From Dehalococcoidia bacterium (GTDB taxonomy: Bacteria; Chloroflexota; Dehalococcoidia; Lucifugimonadales; UBA3495), in NCBI GenBank assembly GCA_030740155.1, contig JASLXV010000023.1:29611-93610 (forward strand): DNA of 64,000 nucleotides, in the 5' to 3' direction. Each line of letters starts with the position of its first letter. The first letter of the stretch is position 1. The position numbers and the translations under genes were made by a program. This document shows positions 38,574 to 48,815 of this stretch, piece by piece. The notes beneath the pieces are model-generated. The model was not told where the DNA came from. It saw only the letters and a list, made by a program, of their open reading frames with translations, and did no database searches.

Positions 38574-39424
38574 ATGGACGACGACGGCGAACGGAGGCAT
38601 CACCCGGCGGACCCTCTCGAAATCCGGCCTGCCCCGGCCGGAAGGTCCCGGGCCGGCAGCATCCCGATCCTCTCCGCCCTCGGGGCCTGGAAAGGCCACT
38701 TCCTTGAGCTTGCCCTGATTCTTGGGGCCTACGCCGTGTTTCTTCTCACCCGCGGCCTGGTGTTCTCCGACCTGGATGCCAAAGGGCTGGAGAACGCGGA
38801 CCGGCTCATCTCCCTGGAAAAGTCCCTGGGCATTTTCTGGGAGCCGGGGTGGCAGTCCTGGACTTTGGACAACGCCAAGGGGATTGCCACGTTCCTCAAC
38901 TGGGTCTACATCGTCACCTATTGGCCGGTGATCATGGCCATGGGGCTGGTCCTGTACGTCACCGACCGGCCCCGGTATCACTACGTTCGCACCGTCGTGT
39001 TGATCACCCTGCTGTTCGCGCTACTCATATTCATGTTGTTCCCGGTTGCCTCGCCGTTCAACATGACCGCATACTTTGTGAACACCATCCAGGAATTGGG
39101 CCCTTCGATGTATGGGGGGCCTGATATGGCTACCTTTTACAACTCCAGCGCGGCCATGCCCAGCCTCCACTTCAGTTGGACGGTCATCCTGGGCGCCGTC
39201 ATCGTCCGGTCGTTCGGCGGCTGGATCAGGCTTCTCGGAATGTTGTATCCGGTGCTAACCTTTTTGCCATCACTATCACGGGGAACCATTTCATCGTGGA
39301 CGCCATGGCCGGCGGGGCTCTCTCGGCGCTGGCGTTCGTGTTGATGGAATTGGGGGCCCGCCGCCGGTTGCTCCCCATGAGGCCGGGTTGGTTGGGCCGG
39401 CCGGGTCCCAGCCCCCGGCGGTAG
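38574..39424 (+). pseudogene. second PAP2_3 paralogue, frameshifted near 39261-39266
   Basis: AAMPSLH in the first frame; AITITGNHFIVDA continues in another frame after a T run. Confidence 0.8.
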
Positions 39425-39428
39425 ACGG

Positions 39429-40646
39429 TTACCCGACGACTTTCTGGTCTCTCAACTGTTGGATGCGGGCGGCATCGTAGCCCAACTCTCCCAGCACTTC
39501 CGAGGTGTGCTGGCCCAAAAGAGGAGCCGGGCGGCGCAATCCGCCGGGGGTTTCCGAGAGGCGGACGGGTACGTTGAACATTTCCACCTGCCCCGCCATG
39601 GGGTGCTCTTGAAAGGTCAGCATCTCGTTGTCCCTGACTTGGGGGTGGTCGAAGACCTCATTCCGGTCCAGCACCGGCGCTGCCGGGAGGTCGTGCCGTT
39701 CCAGGATGCTCAACCACTCCTCCCTTGGCTTCGTGGACAGGATGCCTTCGATAAGCTCGCGGAGTTCCCCGCTTCGTTGCGCCCGTTTCAGGTTGTCGTC
39801 GAAAGCCGGGTCGTCGATCAGGTGCTCCAATTCGATGGCCCGGCAGAGGGCGGCGAACTGCTGGTTGTTGAGCACCACCATGATCAGGAACTTGCCATCC
39901 TGGCACCGGTACGGGGAGTAGAGGGCTTGGCTGGCGAAGTCCACAGAGCTTCCCGTGGAGCTCTCCCGCTCGACCCGTACCATGTCTACCGACTGCATGG
40001 CCAGGGCCATGTGCAGCAGCGACGTCTCCACCCGCTGGCCGCGGCCCGTCCTCTGGCGCACCAGTAGGGCCAGGGCGACGCCGTAAGCCATCGCCATCGG
40101 CGCGGAGGCGTCGGAGATCCAGATACCGCTGGAGATCGGTACGCCCTCCGGGGTGCGCCGCTTGCCGAGGATTCCGGAAATGGACTGGAAAAGCAGGTCA
40201 TACCCCCGGCGCTGGGCGTAGGGGCCCCGTTCGCCGAAGGCGGAGACCCCCACATAAATAAGCCCGGGATTTCGTTGGCTCAAGGTCTCGTAGCCGTACC
40301 CCAGCCGTTGCTCCACGCCGGGGCGGAAGTTATGGATGAAGACATCGGCCCGGTCCAGTAGTTGGTACACGATCTCCCGGCCCTCGGGGCAGGAGATGTC
40401 CATGGCCATGCCTCGTTTGTTCCGGTTCACCACCAGGAAGGACCGGCTTTCTCCCTGGGCCGTGGGCGGTTGGGTGAACAACCGGCGGGCGTCGTCGCCC
40501 CAAAGGGGCTCGATCTTGAGCACCTCGGCCCCTTGGTCGGCCAGGTACATGCCAATTCCCGGTGCGGCCCAAACCTGGGCCACCTCCACTACATTGACTC
40601 CTTCCAGGGCCTGGTGCCCCATTCCAGTTTGATCATCCAGCGTCAT
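39429..40646 (-). CDS. family III CoA-transferase (CaiB/BaiF)
   Basis: LADQGAEVLKIE, NRNKRG, HNFRPG, APLLGQHT. Confidence 0.92.
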   Translation of the reverse strand: MTLDDQTGMGHQALEGVNVVEVAQVWAAPGIGMYLADQGAEVLKIEPLWGDDARRLFTQPPTAQGESRSFLVVNRNKRGMAMDISCPEGREIVYQLLDRADVFIHNFRPGVEQRLGYGYETLSQRNPGLIYVGVSAFGERGPYAQRRGYDLLFQSISGILGKRRTPEGVPISSGIWISDASAPMAMAYGVALALLVRQRTGRGQRVETSLLHMALAMQSVDMVRVERESSTGSSVDFASQALYSPYRCQDGKFLIMVVLNNQQFAALCRAIELEHLIDDPAFDDNLKRAQRSGELRELIEGILSTKPREEWLSILERHDLPAAPVLDRNEVFDHPQVRDNEMLTFQEHPMAGQVEMFNVPVRLSETPGGLRRPAPLLGQHTSEVLGELGYDAARIQQLRDQKVVG

Positions 40647-40957
40647 TGCCTTGGCCCCCTCTGCCACGCGCACGGTTTGCCGATACCGGGTTCATAATTC
40701 CTGCGAATACTAGGCGCTAGGCACCCCAACCGGGACGCATTCCACCCCAGTTGGCGAGCCCGCGCCGGCACCAAGTCTACCAGCTTGCCCTGTCTTTTCC
40801 CACCCACCCGCACTTGCCGGCTCCTCACGCCATTCGGGAAGATTTGGGCGCAGACTGAAGCCGGCCGGGGCCGTGGATTGGCGAACGCCGCACGTCAGGT
40901 TGCGAAAGCCGCCGGACAGTCCTAGAATTGGGGCGCCCATGCTGGCGGAGGAGTTGA

Positions 40958-42247
40958 TTGACCACGGCACCTTCTACTGAAGAGAAAGTACGGCGCCCCC
41001 GGAGCGGCGCCTTCATCCTGACCAACCTGTCCATCGGCCACGGTATCACCCACTGGTACATGGCCAGCATGATGTTCTTGCTCCCACGCATCCAGACCTC
41101 CCTTGGCTTCAGCGACTTTCAGTTTGGTGCGCTGAACGCCATCCGGCAGGTTTCCAGCGGGTCCGCCACCGTCCCCGCGGGCCTGATCATCGATATGGCG
41201 AAGAACCAGTGGGGGGCGATCCTGGTCGGGTGCATGCTTATGCAGGCCATTTCGTTCGGTTTGATCGCGGTCAGCCCCAACTTCATGGTCCTGGCCTTCG
41301 TGATTGTGCTTCTTCCCCTCCCCGGCACCATCTGGCACATGCCCGCCATCGCCGCCATATCCCAGCGCATGCCGGACAGGCGGGGGTTTGGGCTGTCGGT
41401 TCACGGGATCGGGTCCCAGGTGGGGAGCAGCCTCGGCCCAGTGGCAACCGGAGCCCTGATCACGCTGATAGCGGGCAGGTTGGCGATGGCGGCCTGGCGG
41501 AGCGTCACGCTCCTGTACGTCCTGCCGGCGATTGTCATGGCGGTAGTGGTCTGGTGGTCCCTTCGAGACCTGGGCACCAGCGGCACCACGGCCAATGAGC
41601 CGACGCCGCTGAAGGACCGGCTCCGGGGTGTTCGGAATCTGCTGCGAGACCGGACCATCCTGGCGCTGATGCTGGCCATCCTGCTGCGTAGCATGGGATT
41701 CAACTCCCTGAACATCTGGCTGCCCAAATACCTGCAGGATTCGGTCGAGCAAGGCGGGCTGGGAATGTCAGCATTCATGGCCGGTCTGAACTTTTCGCTG
41801 CTCACTACCCTGGGAATAATCTCTTCCCCAGTACTGGGCATGCTCTCGGATCGATACGGCCGGAAGATGGTGCTGCTCCCCTGCCTCACCGTCGCCGCGC
41901 TTTTGGCCCTGGCCATCGGACAGGCGGGCGACGGGGTCCTGTTGACCCTGACGATTCTGGCTTCAGGGATGTTCACCTATTCGCTGGCCCAGATAATGCA
42001 GGCCACGGTGTTGGACCAGGTAGGCCGGGGCACCGAGGGCGCCACCATGGGAACGGTGATGGGTCTGACTCACATTTTCAGCGCCATGTCTCCATTGATC
42101 GCCGCTGGGATCGTCGATGCCTACGGGCTCGGCTCGGTGTTCTACTACAACGCCGCCCTGTGGGCCGCAACGGTGGTGGTGCTTGTGTTCACTCCCTTGA
42201 GGCCGCCGCCTCGGCTAGCCGGCCCGGCGCCGGCAACCGACGGCTAA
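40958..42247 (+). CDS. MFS transporter
   Basis: Multiple TM segments; LSDRYGRK; TTG start after GGAGGAG; promoter TTGCGA-17-TAGAAT at 40900-40928. Confidence 0.9.
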   Translation: MTTAPSTEEKVRRPRSGAFILTNLSIGHGITHWYMASMMFLLPRIQTSLGFSDFQFGALNAIRQVSSGSATVPAGLIIDMAKNQWGAILVGCMLMQAISFGLIAVSPNFMVLAFVIVLLPLPGTIWHMPAIAAISQRMPDRRGFGLSVHGIGSQVGSSLGPVATGALITLIAGRLAMAAWRSVTLLYVLPAIVMAVVVWWSLRDLGTSGTTANEPTPLKDRLRGVRNLLRDRTILALMLAILLRSMGFNSLNIWLPKYLQDSVEQGGLGMSAFMAGLNFSLLTTLGIISSPVLGMLSDRYGRKMVLLPCLTVAALLALAIGQAGDGVLLTLTILASGMFTYSLAQIMQATVLDQVGRGTEGATMGTVMGLTHIFSAMSPLIAAGIVDAYGLGSVFYYNAALWAATVVVLVFTPLRPPPRLAGPAPATDG

Positions 42248-42472
42248 TTTCTCCCCTGGGGTCACCGGGACTCCGCCGTGGGTGAGCGGCCTGACCCCAC
42301 CGTGGTCTACCCGCCCTCGTCGTCACGGACTCTCCGACAGTTGCAGCAGAGGTTTTCGCCGTGCCTCATCGTTGCGAGGCGGCGGGTTGAAGAGATGCCT
42401 CGCCCGGTGCTCCGAGGCAGCGAGAACCGCGTTGCGTGTTGCGAATACCGATGGACCGCCATAAAATGGGGA

Positions 42473-43774
42473 TTGCGATTTTGCGGAGGCACGGCATCCC
42501 CTGCTGAAGAGAAAGTCCGGCGCCCCCGGAGCGGCGCCTTCATCCTGACCAACCTGTCCATCGGCCACGGCATCACCCACTGGTACATGGCCAGCATGCT
42601 GTTGATGCTGCCCGTCATCCAAAAGTCTCTGGGCCTCAGCGATTTCCAGTTCGCTTCTCTGCACACCATCCGGCAGGTCTCCAGCGGCTCCGCCACCATC
42701 CCCACCGGCGTTCTCATCGACATGGCGAAGAACCAGTGGGGGTTGATTCTGACCGGGTGCATGATCATGGCCGGAATAGCATCCGGCCTGATCTCGCTCA
42801 GCCCCAGCTACCTGTACCTTGCCGTCGTAATCGTTCTTCTTCCTCTCCCGGGCACCATTTGGCATATTCCGGCCATCGCCGCGATATCCCAGCGCATGCC
42901 GGACCGGCGGGGGATGGGACTGTCCATCCACGGTATCGGGTCCCAGCTGGGGACCAGCCTCGGTCCCTACGGCACCGGCCACTTGCTGGCCTTGATGGCG
43001 GGGTGGTCGGCGATGGAGGCCTGGAGGAGCGTAACGCTCATCTACGTTGCGCCGGCCATCGTCATGGCGGTGGTGGTGTGGTGGTCTCTGCGAGACCTGG
43101 GCAGCAGCGGCACCTCGCCCAACCTGCAGACGCCGCTCCGGGAACGGATCCGGGGTGTTGGGGGCCTGCTGCGGAACCGGACCATGCTGAAACTGATGCT
43201 GGTCATCATGCTGCGCAACATGGGGTTCAACTCCCTGACCATCTGGGTGCCCAAGTACCTGCAGGATTCGGTCGAAGATGGCGGCCTGGGGATGTCCACG
43301 GTCACGGCCGGCATGAACGTTTCGTTGCTCACAGCCCTGGGGGTGCTCTCTTCCCCCTTCCTGGGCGCGCTCTCCGACCGCTACGGCAGGAAGAAAGTGC
43401 TGATTCCTTCTCTCAGCCTGGCCGCCGTGCTGGCCCTGGCTATCGGGCAAGCGGATGACGGGGTGTGGCTGACCCTGACGATTCTGGCCACTGGGCTGTT
43501 CACCTACTCACTGGGCCAGATACTGCAAGCCTCGGTCTTGGATCAGGTTGGAAAGGGCACCGAGGGCGCCACAATGGGGTTGGTGATGGGCCTAAACAAT
43601 ATATTCAGCGCCCTGTCTCCAATCGCCGCGGCGTTCGTCGTCAGTGCCTACGGTCTCAGCGCGGTGTTCTACTACAACGCCGGCTTGTGGGCTGCCGCCG
43701 TGGCGGTTCTCTCGTTGATTAGCTTGAAACCGCCTCCCCTGGCAGCCGGCACGAAGCCGGTAGCCGCCGGCTAG
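42473..43774 (+). CDS. MFS transporter, tandem paralogue with uncertain or lost start codon
   Basis: Closely similar to 40958-42247; promoter TTGCGA-17-TAAAAT at 42439-42467. Confidence 0.75.
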   Translation: MRFCGGTASPAEEKVRRPRSGAFILTNLSIGHGITHWYMASMLLMLPVIQKSLGLSDFQFASLHTIRQVSSGSATIPTGVLIDMAKNQWGLILTGCMIMAGIASGLISLSPSYLYLAVVIVLLPLPGTIWHIPAIAAISQRMPDRRGMGLSIHGIGSQLGTSLGPYGTGHLLALMAGWSAMEAWRSVTLIYVAPAIVMAVVVWWSLRDLGSSGTSPNLQTPLRERIRGVGGLLRNRTMLKLMLVIMLRNMGFNSLTIWVPKYLQDSVEDGGLGMSTVTAGMNVSLLTALGVLSSPFLGALSDRYGRKKVLIPSLSLAAVLALAIGQADDGVWLTLTILATGLFTYSLGQILQASVLDQVGKGTEGATMGLVMGLNNIFSALSPIAAAFVVSAYGLSAVFYYNAGLWAAAVAVLSLISLKPPPLAAGTKPVAAG

Positions 43775-43956
43775 CCGCTGGTCAGGTTGTCGGAGGGATC
43801 TCTGCCCTGAGGCCCTAATCGATCGGAAAATCCGGCTGCCGCATCGAGCCGGCCGCTCTTTCTGGTATACTACCCCGACGAATCATCCACGGGCCCCACT
43901 TACCACTTTGGCATGGCCCTGAAACCCGGCCCAAAACCTGCAATAAAGGAGCAACC

Positions 43957-44247
43957 ATGGCTCTGTTTGTCGTTACGCATCGGCATACCGCGGATAGGTG
44001 CCCGGCAGGGGACCCTCGGAAGGCGCCCATGCTGCTGCGGTGCCTCACCAATGAACACGCCGCCAAGTTCGGCGTTCAAATCCTGGCCGAGGCGATGGTG
44101 GGTGGGCAACACTCCCTTCACCTGATTTTGGAAGCTACCGACACGGACGGGGTTCAGAAATTCATGGCCCCCTTCGCCCAGGGTGGGAGTGTAGCGGTAC
44201 TGCCCGCGAGCCCCTGCGAAACCGTCGTCTCACGGGGAAAATGCTAG
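43957..44247 (+). CDS. small hypothetical protein (DUF3303-like, HxHxxxxCP)
   Basis: AAGGAG SD; MALFVVTHRHTADRCP; 96 aa. Confidence 0.7.
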   Translation: MALFVVTHRHTADRCPAGDPRKAPMLLRCLTNEHAAKFGVQILAEAMVGGQHSLHLILEATDTDGVQKFMAPFAQGGSVAVLPASPCETVVSRGKC

Positions 44248-44265
44248 CAGGGGAGGGTCTCCGCC

Positions 44266-44800
44266 CTACTTGATCCCCACAACCATCGAGTCGGGCCCCA
44301 CCAGGTGTTCCACGTAGGTGTCGTGGAACCCCGCGTCGCGGAGCCACGATTGGCAATCGGCGCCGGTATAGTCGAATCCGTCCGGCGTGTCGATCAGCAT
44401 GTTCAGGCTCATCAGCAGGCCGAAGGCGTTCTGGCTGCGGCCGTCGTCGATCACGGCGTCATAGACGATGAGGGCGCCTCCCGGTTTCAAGGCCTCATAC
44501 GCTCTCGCGATGAGTTTCCGCTTCCCATCAAGGTCCCAGTCATGGAGAATATGGCCCATCAGGAGCACGTCCGTCTCCGGCAGTGGAGCCTTGAAAAAGT
44601 CCCCCAGATAGAAACTCAGGCGTTGGGCCAGGCCGAAGGAAGCCACGTATTCTTCAAAGACAGGGGCCACCTCGGGCAAGTCGAAGCCGCCACCGGACAG
44701 GTGGCCGTGGGCCAGGGCGATCTGGACCGCGGTGCAACCCTGGGCCGTTCCGACATCAATGAAGCTCTGGTACCTGCCCCAGGGGAATTTCTGTCCAATG
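44266..44800 (-). pseudogene. O-methyltransferase C-terminal remnant without its N-terminal half
   Basis: [18 protein letters not shown]...GDFF...GHILHDW; no start codon upstream of motif I. Confidence 0.75.
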
Positions 44801-44823
44801 GAAAGACAGAGGTCCGGGGCTCT

Positions 44824-45477
44824 TCAGCCGCCGCCGGTGGTGGCGTAGCCGCCAAAGAAGTGCCGCACCAGCACCCGGAGCCGCGCCCAGTGGTCTTGCA
44901 GCGCCTCCAGTTCCTCCGGTGAGAGTTGGTTGTAGGTCTTGCCGAACTGGGGGAAGTACCACACGGAGAAAGCCCAGAACCCGGTCGCCCGGGCCGTGTC
45001 GCCGGGGCCGTCCGCGATGACGCCGGTGGCGCCCCGCAACTCCCACGAAGCCAGCACCTTCCCTCGGTCGGCGATGGCCACGGCCTCAATCCACGAGGCT
45101 TCACGCTGGGGACCCTGGTAGGGCCGCATCAAGTTCAGCAGCCGGCGCAACCGATGGGCGTCGTCCGCCTCCGGACCGGCAAACCTGTGGGTGTGGCGGC
45201 TGTCCCACCGGGTACCCAGAGCCGGCAGCAACAGTCCCCCGTCGGAAGCGATTGCCAGCGCCGAGGCGGCCCGGGACCAATCACGCGCCTTGGCCCGCGC
45301 GATAGCTTCGTGGGTATCGCCCCTTTCCCGTGGGACGGTGCGCAGGCCGAGCCGGCCGGGCGTCACCGGGGAGAGAGGCAGGCCTTCCAGCAACCACTGC
45401 AAGGTTTGCTGCTTTGCCGGGTTACCGGTGCCCAGCAGGATGGGCGTTGCACCTAGGGGAGCGGGTTGACCGGCCAT
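44824..45477 (-). CDS. Ham1/RdgB-like non-canonical purine NTP pyrophosphatase, divergent
   Basis: LGTGNPAK, ERGDTHEAIARAKA, SDGGL, GKTYNQL. Confidence 0.7.
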   Translation of the reverse strand: MAGQPAPLGATPILLGTGNPAKQQTLQWLLEGLPLSPVTPGRLGLRTVPRERGDTHEAIARAKARDWSRAASALAIASDGGLLLPALGTRWDSRHTHRFAGPEADDAHRLRRLLNLMRPYQGPQREASWIEAVAIADRGKVLASWELRGATGVIADGPGDTARATGFWAFSVWYFPQFGKTYNQLSPEELEALQDHWARLRVLVRHFFGGYATTGGG

Positions 45478-45567
45478 GTTGATCCGTTGACCCACGCTTC
45501 GTTCACCGAACAACAGCCACTATCCGCCCACTTGCGAGACCGCGGGTGACGCCCCATGCGCCCGGCA

Positions 45568-46242
45568 CTACAGGATTCGAGCCACGGCGCGGGCGGCGGC
45601 GCCGTCACCGCCCTGAAGCTTGATGGGCAGGGCCCAGAGTTCGAAGGTTTCTCCCACCAGCCGGTCCAGATTTATCAGGTTCTCGATGAGGGGTATGTCT
45701 TGGCCCAGGAGCAGCCGGTGCACCGGAAAATCATGAATGGTGGATGGGGCCGTCTGAGGATGCTTGTCGATGGGAAAGTCGACGGCGACGGCGTTGACCG
45801 AGCACTCGGCCAGGTAGCCCGCGCCCTCGCTGCTGAGGTAGGGGCCCGCAGTGTAGTAGCGGTCGCCGCCGGACTCCCGTTCGGCCCAGCCGGTGAACAG
45901 GACGGCGATCTTGTCCCGCAGGGTCCCCTCCTCGCCGCCGGCCTCCCGCAGGTTGGCGACGGAGATGGGGGTGCCGCGACGCGCCAGCTTCCGTAGGTCC
46001 AGAAGGAGGGCCGGCCCCATGTACCTCTCCAGGGGCATATCGTCCACGGTAATGCCGCCGGGGTGAAAGTGGTATGGGGCGTCCACGTGGGTGCCGACAT
46101 GGGTCGCCAGGGTTAGCTTGGTATTGGACCGGGCATGGCTCTCGTGGGTCATCAGCGGTTCCATTTCCACCGAAACCAGGCCGGGCACGGCGGTGATCCG
46201 GTTGCCGCCCAGGGTCAGGGTCAGGTCAATCAGCTCGGGCAT
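45568..46242 (-). CDS. cyclase family protein (kynurenine formamidase-like)
   Basis: HVGTHVDAPYH, IENLINL, GDGAAAR. Confidence 0.92.
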   Translation of the reverse strand: MPELIDLTLTLGGNRITAVPGLVSVEMEPLMTHESHARSNTKLTLATHVGTHVDAPYHFHPGGITVDDMPLERYMGPALLLDLRKLARRGTPISVANLREAGGEEGTLRDKIAVLFTGWAERESGGDRYYTAGPYLSSEGAGYLAECSVNAVAVDFPIDKHPQTAPSTIHDFPVHRLLLGQDIPLIENLINLDRLVGETFELWALPIKLQGGDGAAARAVARIL

Positions 46243-46340
46243 GATACCCCCTCAATTTGACCGTCTATGGTGCACCGGTCCCCCACGCCGTTGAACCGCG
46301 GGCGGGTAACCGGCGCTGCTGTTCGCCCTGTTGGCTTCGC

Positions 46341-47738
46341 CTAGTCTACCCCAGGCAGCAACTCCAGGAGGTCGGCCCGGTCGGCCTCGGCCCTGGCCCT
46401 GGCGGACGTGGACCGGGCCTCCACCGGCAAAGATTGCTCCCAGTCTGGAATCAGCAGGCGGGTACTGGGCGCCAGGCTCAAGATTACCAGAACCCCGACA
46501 AAGCTGAAACCCATGGACAAGACCAGGATCACGGTGAAAGAGCCGGTTGCGAAGATAACGAAGCCCGCCAGAATCGTGGCCACGGCGTGGCCCAACAGAG
46601 CGCCGGTTATCTCGATGCCGTAGAAAGTGCCCAAAGGTCCGGAGCCGAAGTATTGGCGGTTCACCACGGGATAGGCAGACATCTCGCCTCCATAGCCGAT
46701 GCCGAAAAGAACGGCGAAAGCGTAAAACACCGAAGAGTCTTGGGCCCAGAACAGGACCAGCACGGTGAGCCCCTGGATGCCCAAGGCCGCCGCCATCACC
46801 GGTTTGCCGCCGAAGCGCTCGGTCATTATGGGGGTGACGAAACGGCTGCCGATGCTGAAGATGTTGATGAGGCTGAGAATCAGGGCGGCCCCGGTCAGGC
46901 TGATTCCCTGCTCGACGGCCAGGGGAATCGAGTAAATGAGTATGACCCCGTGGCCGGCGCAACCCAGGCTGTGGATGAGGGGCAAGTTCCAGAACTCTTT
47001 GGTGCGCCGCAGGTGGCGATTGAACACCTTGAGCCGGAGCTTCAGTACCTCTTTGGCCCAGACGGCCTCCAGGGGGGCACCATCGACGGCCCCATAGGGC
47101 TTGATGCCCAGTTGGGCGGGACGGTTTCGGAAGAAGGGCGCCGCCAGGAATATGGCGCCGCCGCCCGCGACACCGATGGTCGAGAAAGTGGCCTCCCACC
47201 CGACGCTTTCCAGGAGGTATCCCACCGTGGGCGCGATTGCGGCGGACCCCAGGCCGCCGGCGGCCCATAGTATCCCGACGCAAAGGCCCAGCCGCCGCTC
47301 GAACCACCCGTCCAACGCTGCGATCAGCGGGACCATGGCTATCGTCTGGGTCAGGGCGAGCATCACGCCGAAAACCAGGAAGAATTGCCACAGGGCGACG
47401 ATCTGCCCCAACAGGACCATGCTGGCGGTGAAGAGGACCGCGGCCGTAACCATCATCTTGTGGGCGCCGTACCGGTCGGCGAGCCACCCGGCGATGGGAG
47501 AGAAGATGGCCCCGGTGAGATAGTAGGTCGCCAGGCCGGCGCCGATGGTACCGATGCTCCAGCCGAAACCGCCATCGGGATCGTTCAGCGGCGGAACCAT
47601 CACTCCGGCCGCCATGCCGACGGACTGGGCGACGATCTGCACCACCGACAACACGGCCACGATTACCCAGCCGTAATGAATCCCGCCGGGCAGCCTGACT
47701 GCCTTGACCGATGGTTTAGGTTTTGCGTCGATGGTCAT
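46341..47738 (-). CDS. MFS transporter
   Basis: HYGWVIV, LADRYG, about 12 TM segments. Confidence 0.9.
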   Translation of the reverse strand: MTIDAKPKPSVKAVRLPGGIHYGWVIVAVLSVVQIVAQSVGMAAGVMVPPLNDPDGGFGWSIGTIGAGLATYYLTGAIFSPIAGWLADRYGAHKMMVTAAVLFTASMVLLGQIVALWQFFLVFGVMLALTQTIAMVPLIAALDGWFERRLGLCVGILWAAGGLGSAAIAPTVGYLLESVGWEATFSTIGVAGGGAIFLAAPFFRNRPAQLGIKPYGAVDGAPLEAVWAKEVLKLRLKVFNRHLRRTKEFWNLPLIHSLGCAGHGVILIYSIPLAVEQGISLTGAALILSLINIFSIGSRFVTPIMTERFGGKPVMAAALGIQGLTVLVLFWAQDSSVFYAFAVLFGIGYGGEMSAYPVVNRQYFGSGPLGTFYGIEITGALLGHAVATILAGFVIFATGSFTVILVLSMGFSFVGVLVILSLAPSTRLLIPDWEQSLPVEARSTSARARAEADRADLLELLPGVD

Positions 47739-47808
47739 GTTTCGAGTCCGTTTTCGCTTCCCAGGCCGGAGGGGGTCCAATTGCCGGGCTTGGCGACTAT
47801 TCGAGAAT

Positions 47809-47930
47809 GTGGTTCGACAAGCTCACCACGAACGGTGGAGGAGGGTTCCCACCTGACCAGGTGGTTCGACAAGCTCACCACGGACGGTGGTAGAGTTCCC
47901 CGTCCGTTCGTCCCGGGCGTGTCGAAGGAC
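47809..47930. repeat. cluster of GTGGTTCGACAAGCTCACCACG repeats
   Basis: Two direct copies plus an inverted partner arm. Confidence 0.75.
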
Positions 47931-47965
47931 CGTCCGCGCCGCATCCCGCGGATTTGCATGGCTGA

Positions 47966-48283
47966 TCAATGAAGGGGGCACGCGGTGAGAAAGGCCTTCC
48001 CCCACCAGGTATCGCCCGTGCTGTCTTCGCCGGCCTCTACTGGTGTGGGGCTACTCTGGGCCGAGTCCAGGGGACTCGCATCGGTGCTTGCGCCACGGTT
48101 GGCGAAGCCGAAGGACAGCTTCCTATCTTGCTCGTCCACATCGGCGGAAACCGCCCAGGCGCCGAAGAAAATGATGAGGAATACCGTCGCCGCCGCCACC
48201 ACCAAGAAGGTGGCGGGGATGGGAAAACGCTTCACTCCTTGCCTCGCGTCCTTCACCGTGTCTTCCCCGTTCATGAGGCGCAC
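47966..48283 (-). CDS. hypothetical single-pass membrane protein ending ACPLH
   Basis: Hydrophobic FLVVAAATVFLIIFFGAW segment; start uncertain. Confidence 0.55.
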   Translation of the reverse strand: MRLMNGEDTVKDARQGVKRFPIPATFLVVAAATVFLIIFFGAWAVSADVDEQDRKLSFGFANRGASTDASPLDSAQSSPTPVEAGEDSTGDTWWGKAFLTACPLH

Positions 48284-48815
48284 CGTGCCGCTAGCCCGGC
48301 TGCGCCGCCCGGTTGGCGGACGGCCGCCGGGGCGGCCTGCAGGGCGGGATGGCCGTATGGGTTACTATCAACACCGGGCACTATCCGGTCCGCGCCCGGT
48401 ATGAGAGTCGTCGCCTGTGTGGTCGAGCGGGTGTGCAGCAAGCTTCCCTTTCGGATTTGGCGGTCAGCTAGTTAATCACGATGATAATTAATGATACAGC
48501 ACCAACGACTGTCGATACCAGTCACGCTTAAGTGCAAATTCTTGGACTGGGGGATGTTGCCACGATCGTTGCCTTGGTCGAGTCTCACCGCCAAGGCAAC
48601 GATCGGTCGAAAATCTCAGAGGGCTTTGAATCTGGGCTGATCCTGGTGTCCCCGGTTGCTTGGCTGCCGGCCTGCGCCGGAATGACGAGGGTGAGTAGGG
48701 AACGTCACACATCTTCTTCGCCGATGAAGAGAGATTGGCTAGATAGCACCCTAGTCGCTCCGCTCGACCGACCGGTCACCGGGGGGCCCAGGAGCAGATA
48801 GCTGACCGCTGACCG

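Noticed and set aside
47809..47888. Two 28-nt repeats with a 24-nt gap as a mini-CRISPR
   Set aside because: Only two copies, an inverted partner arm, and a dispersed copy at 14475; this fits a palindromic repeat family.
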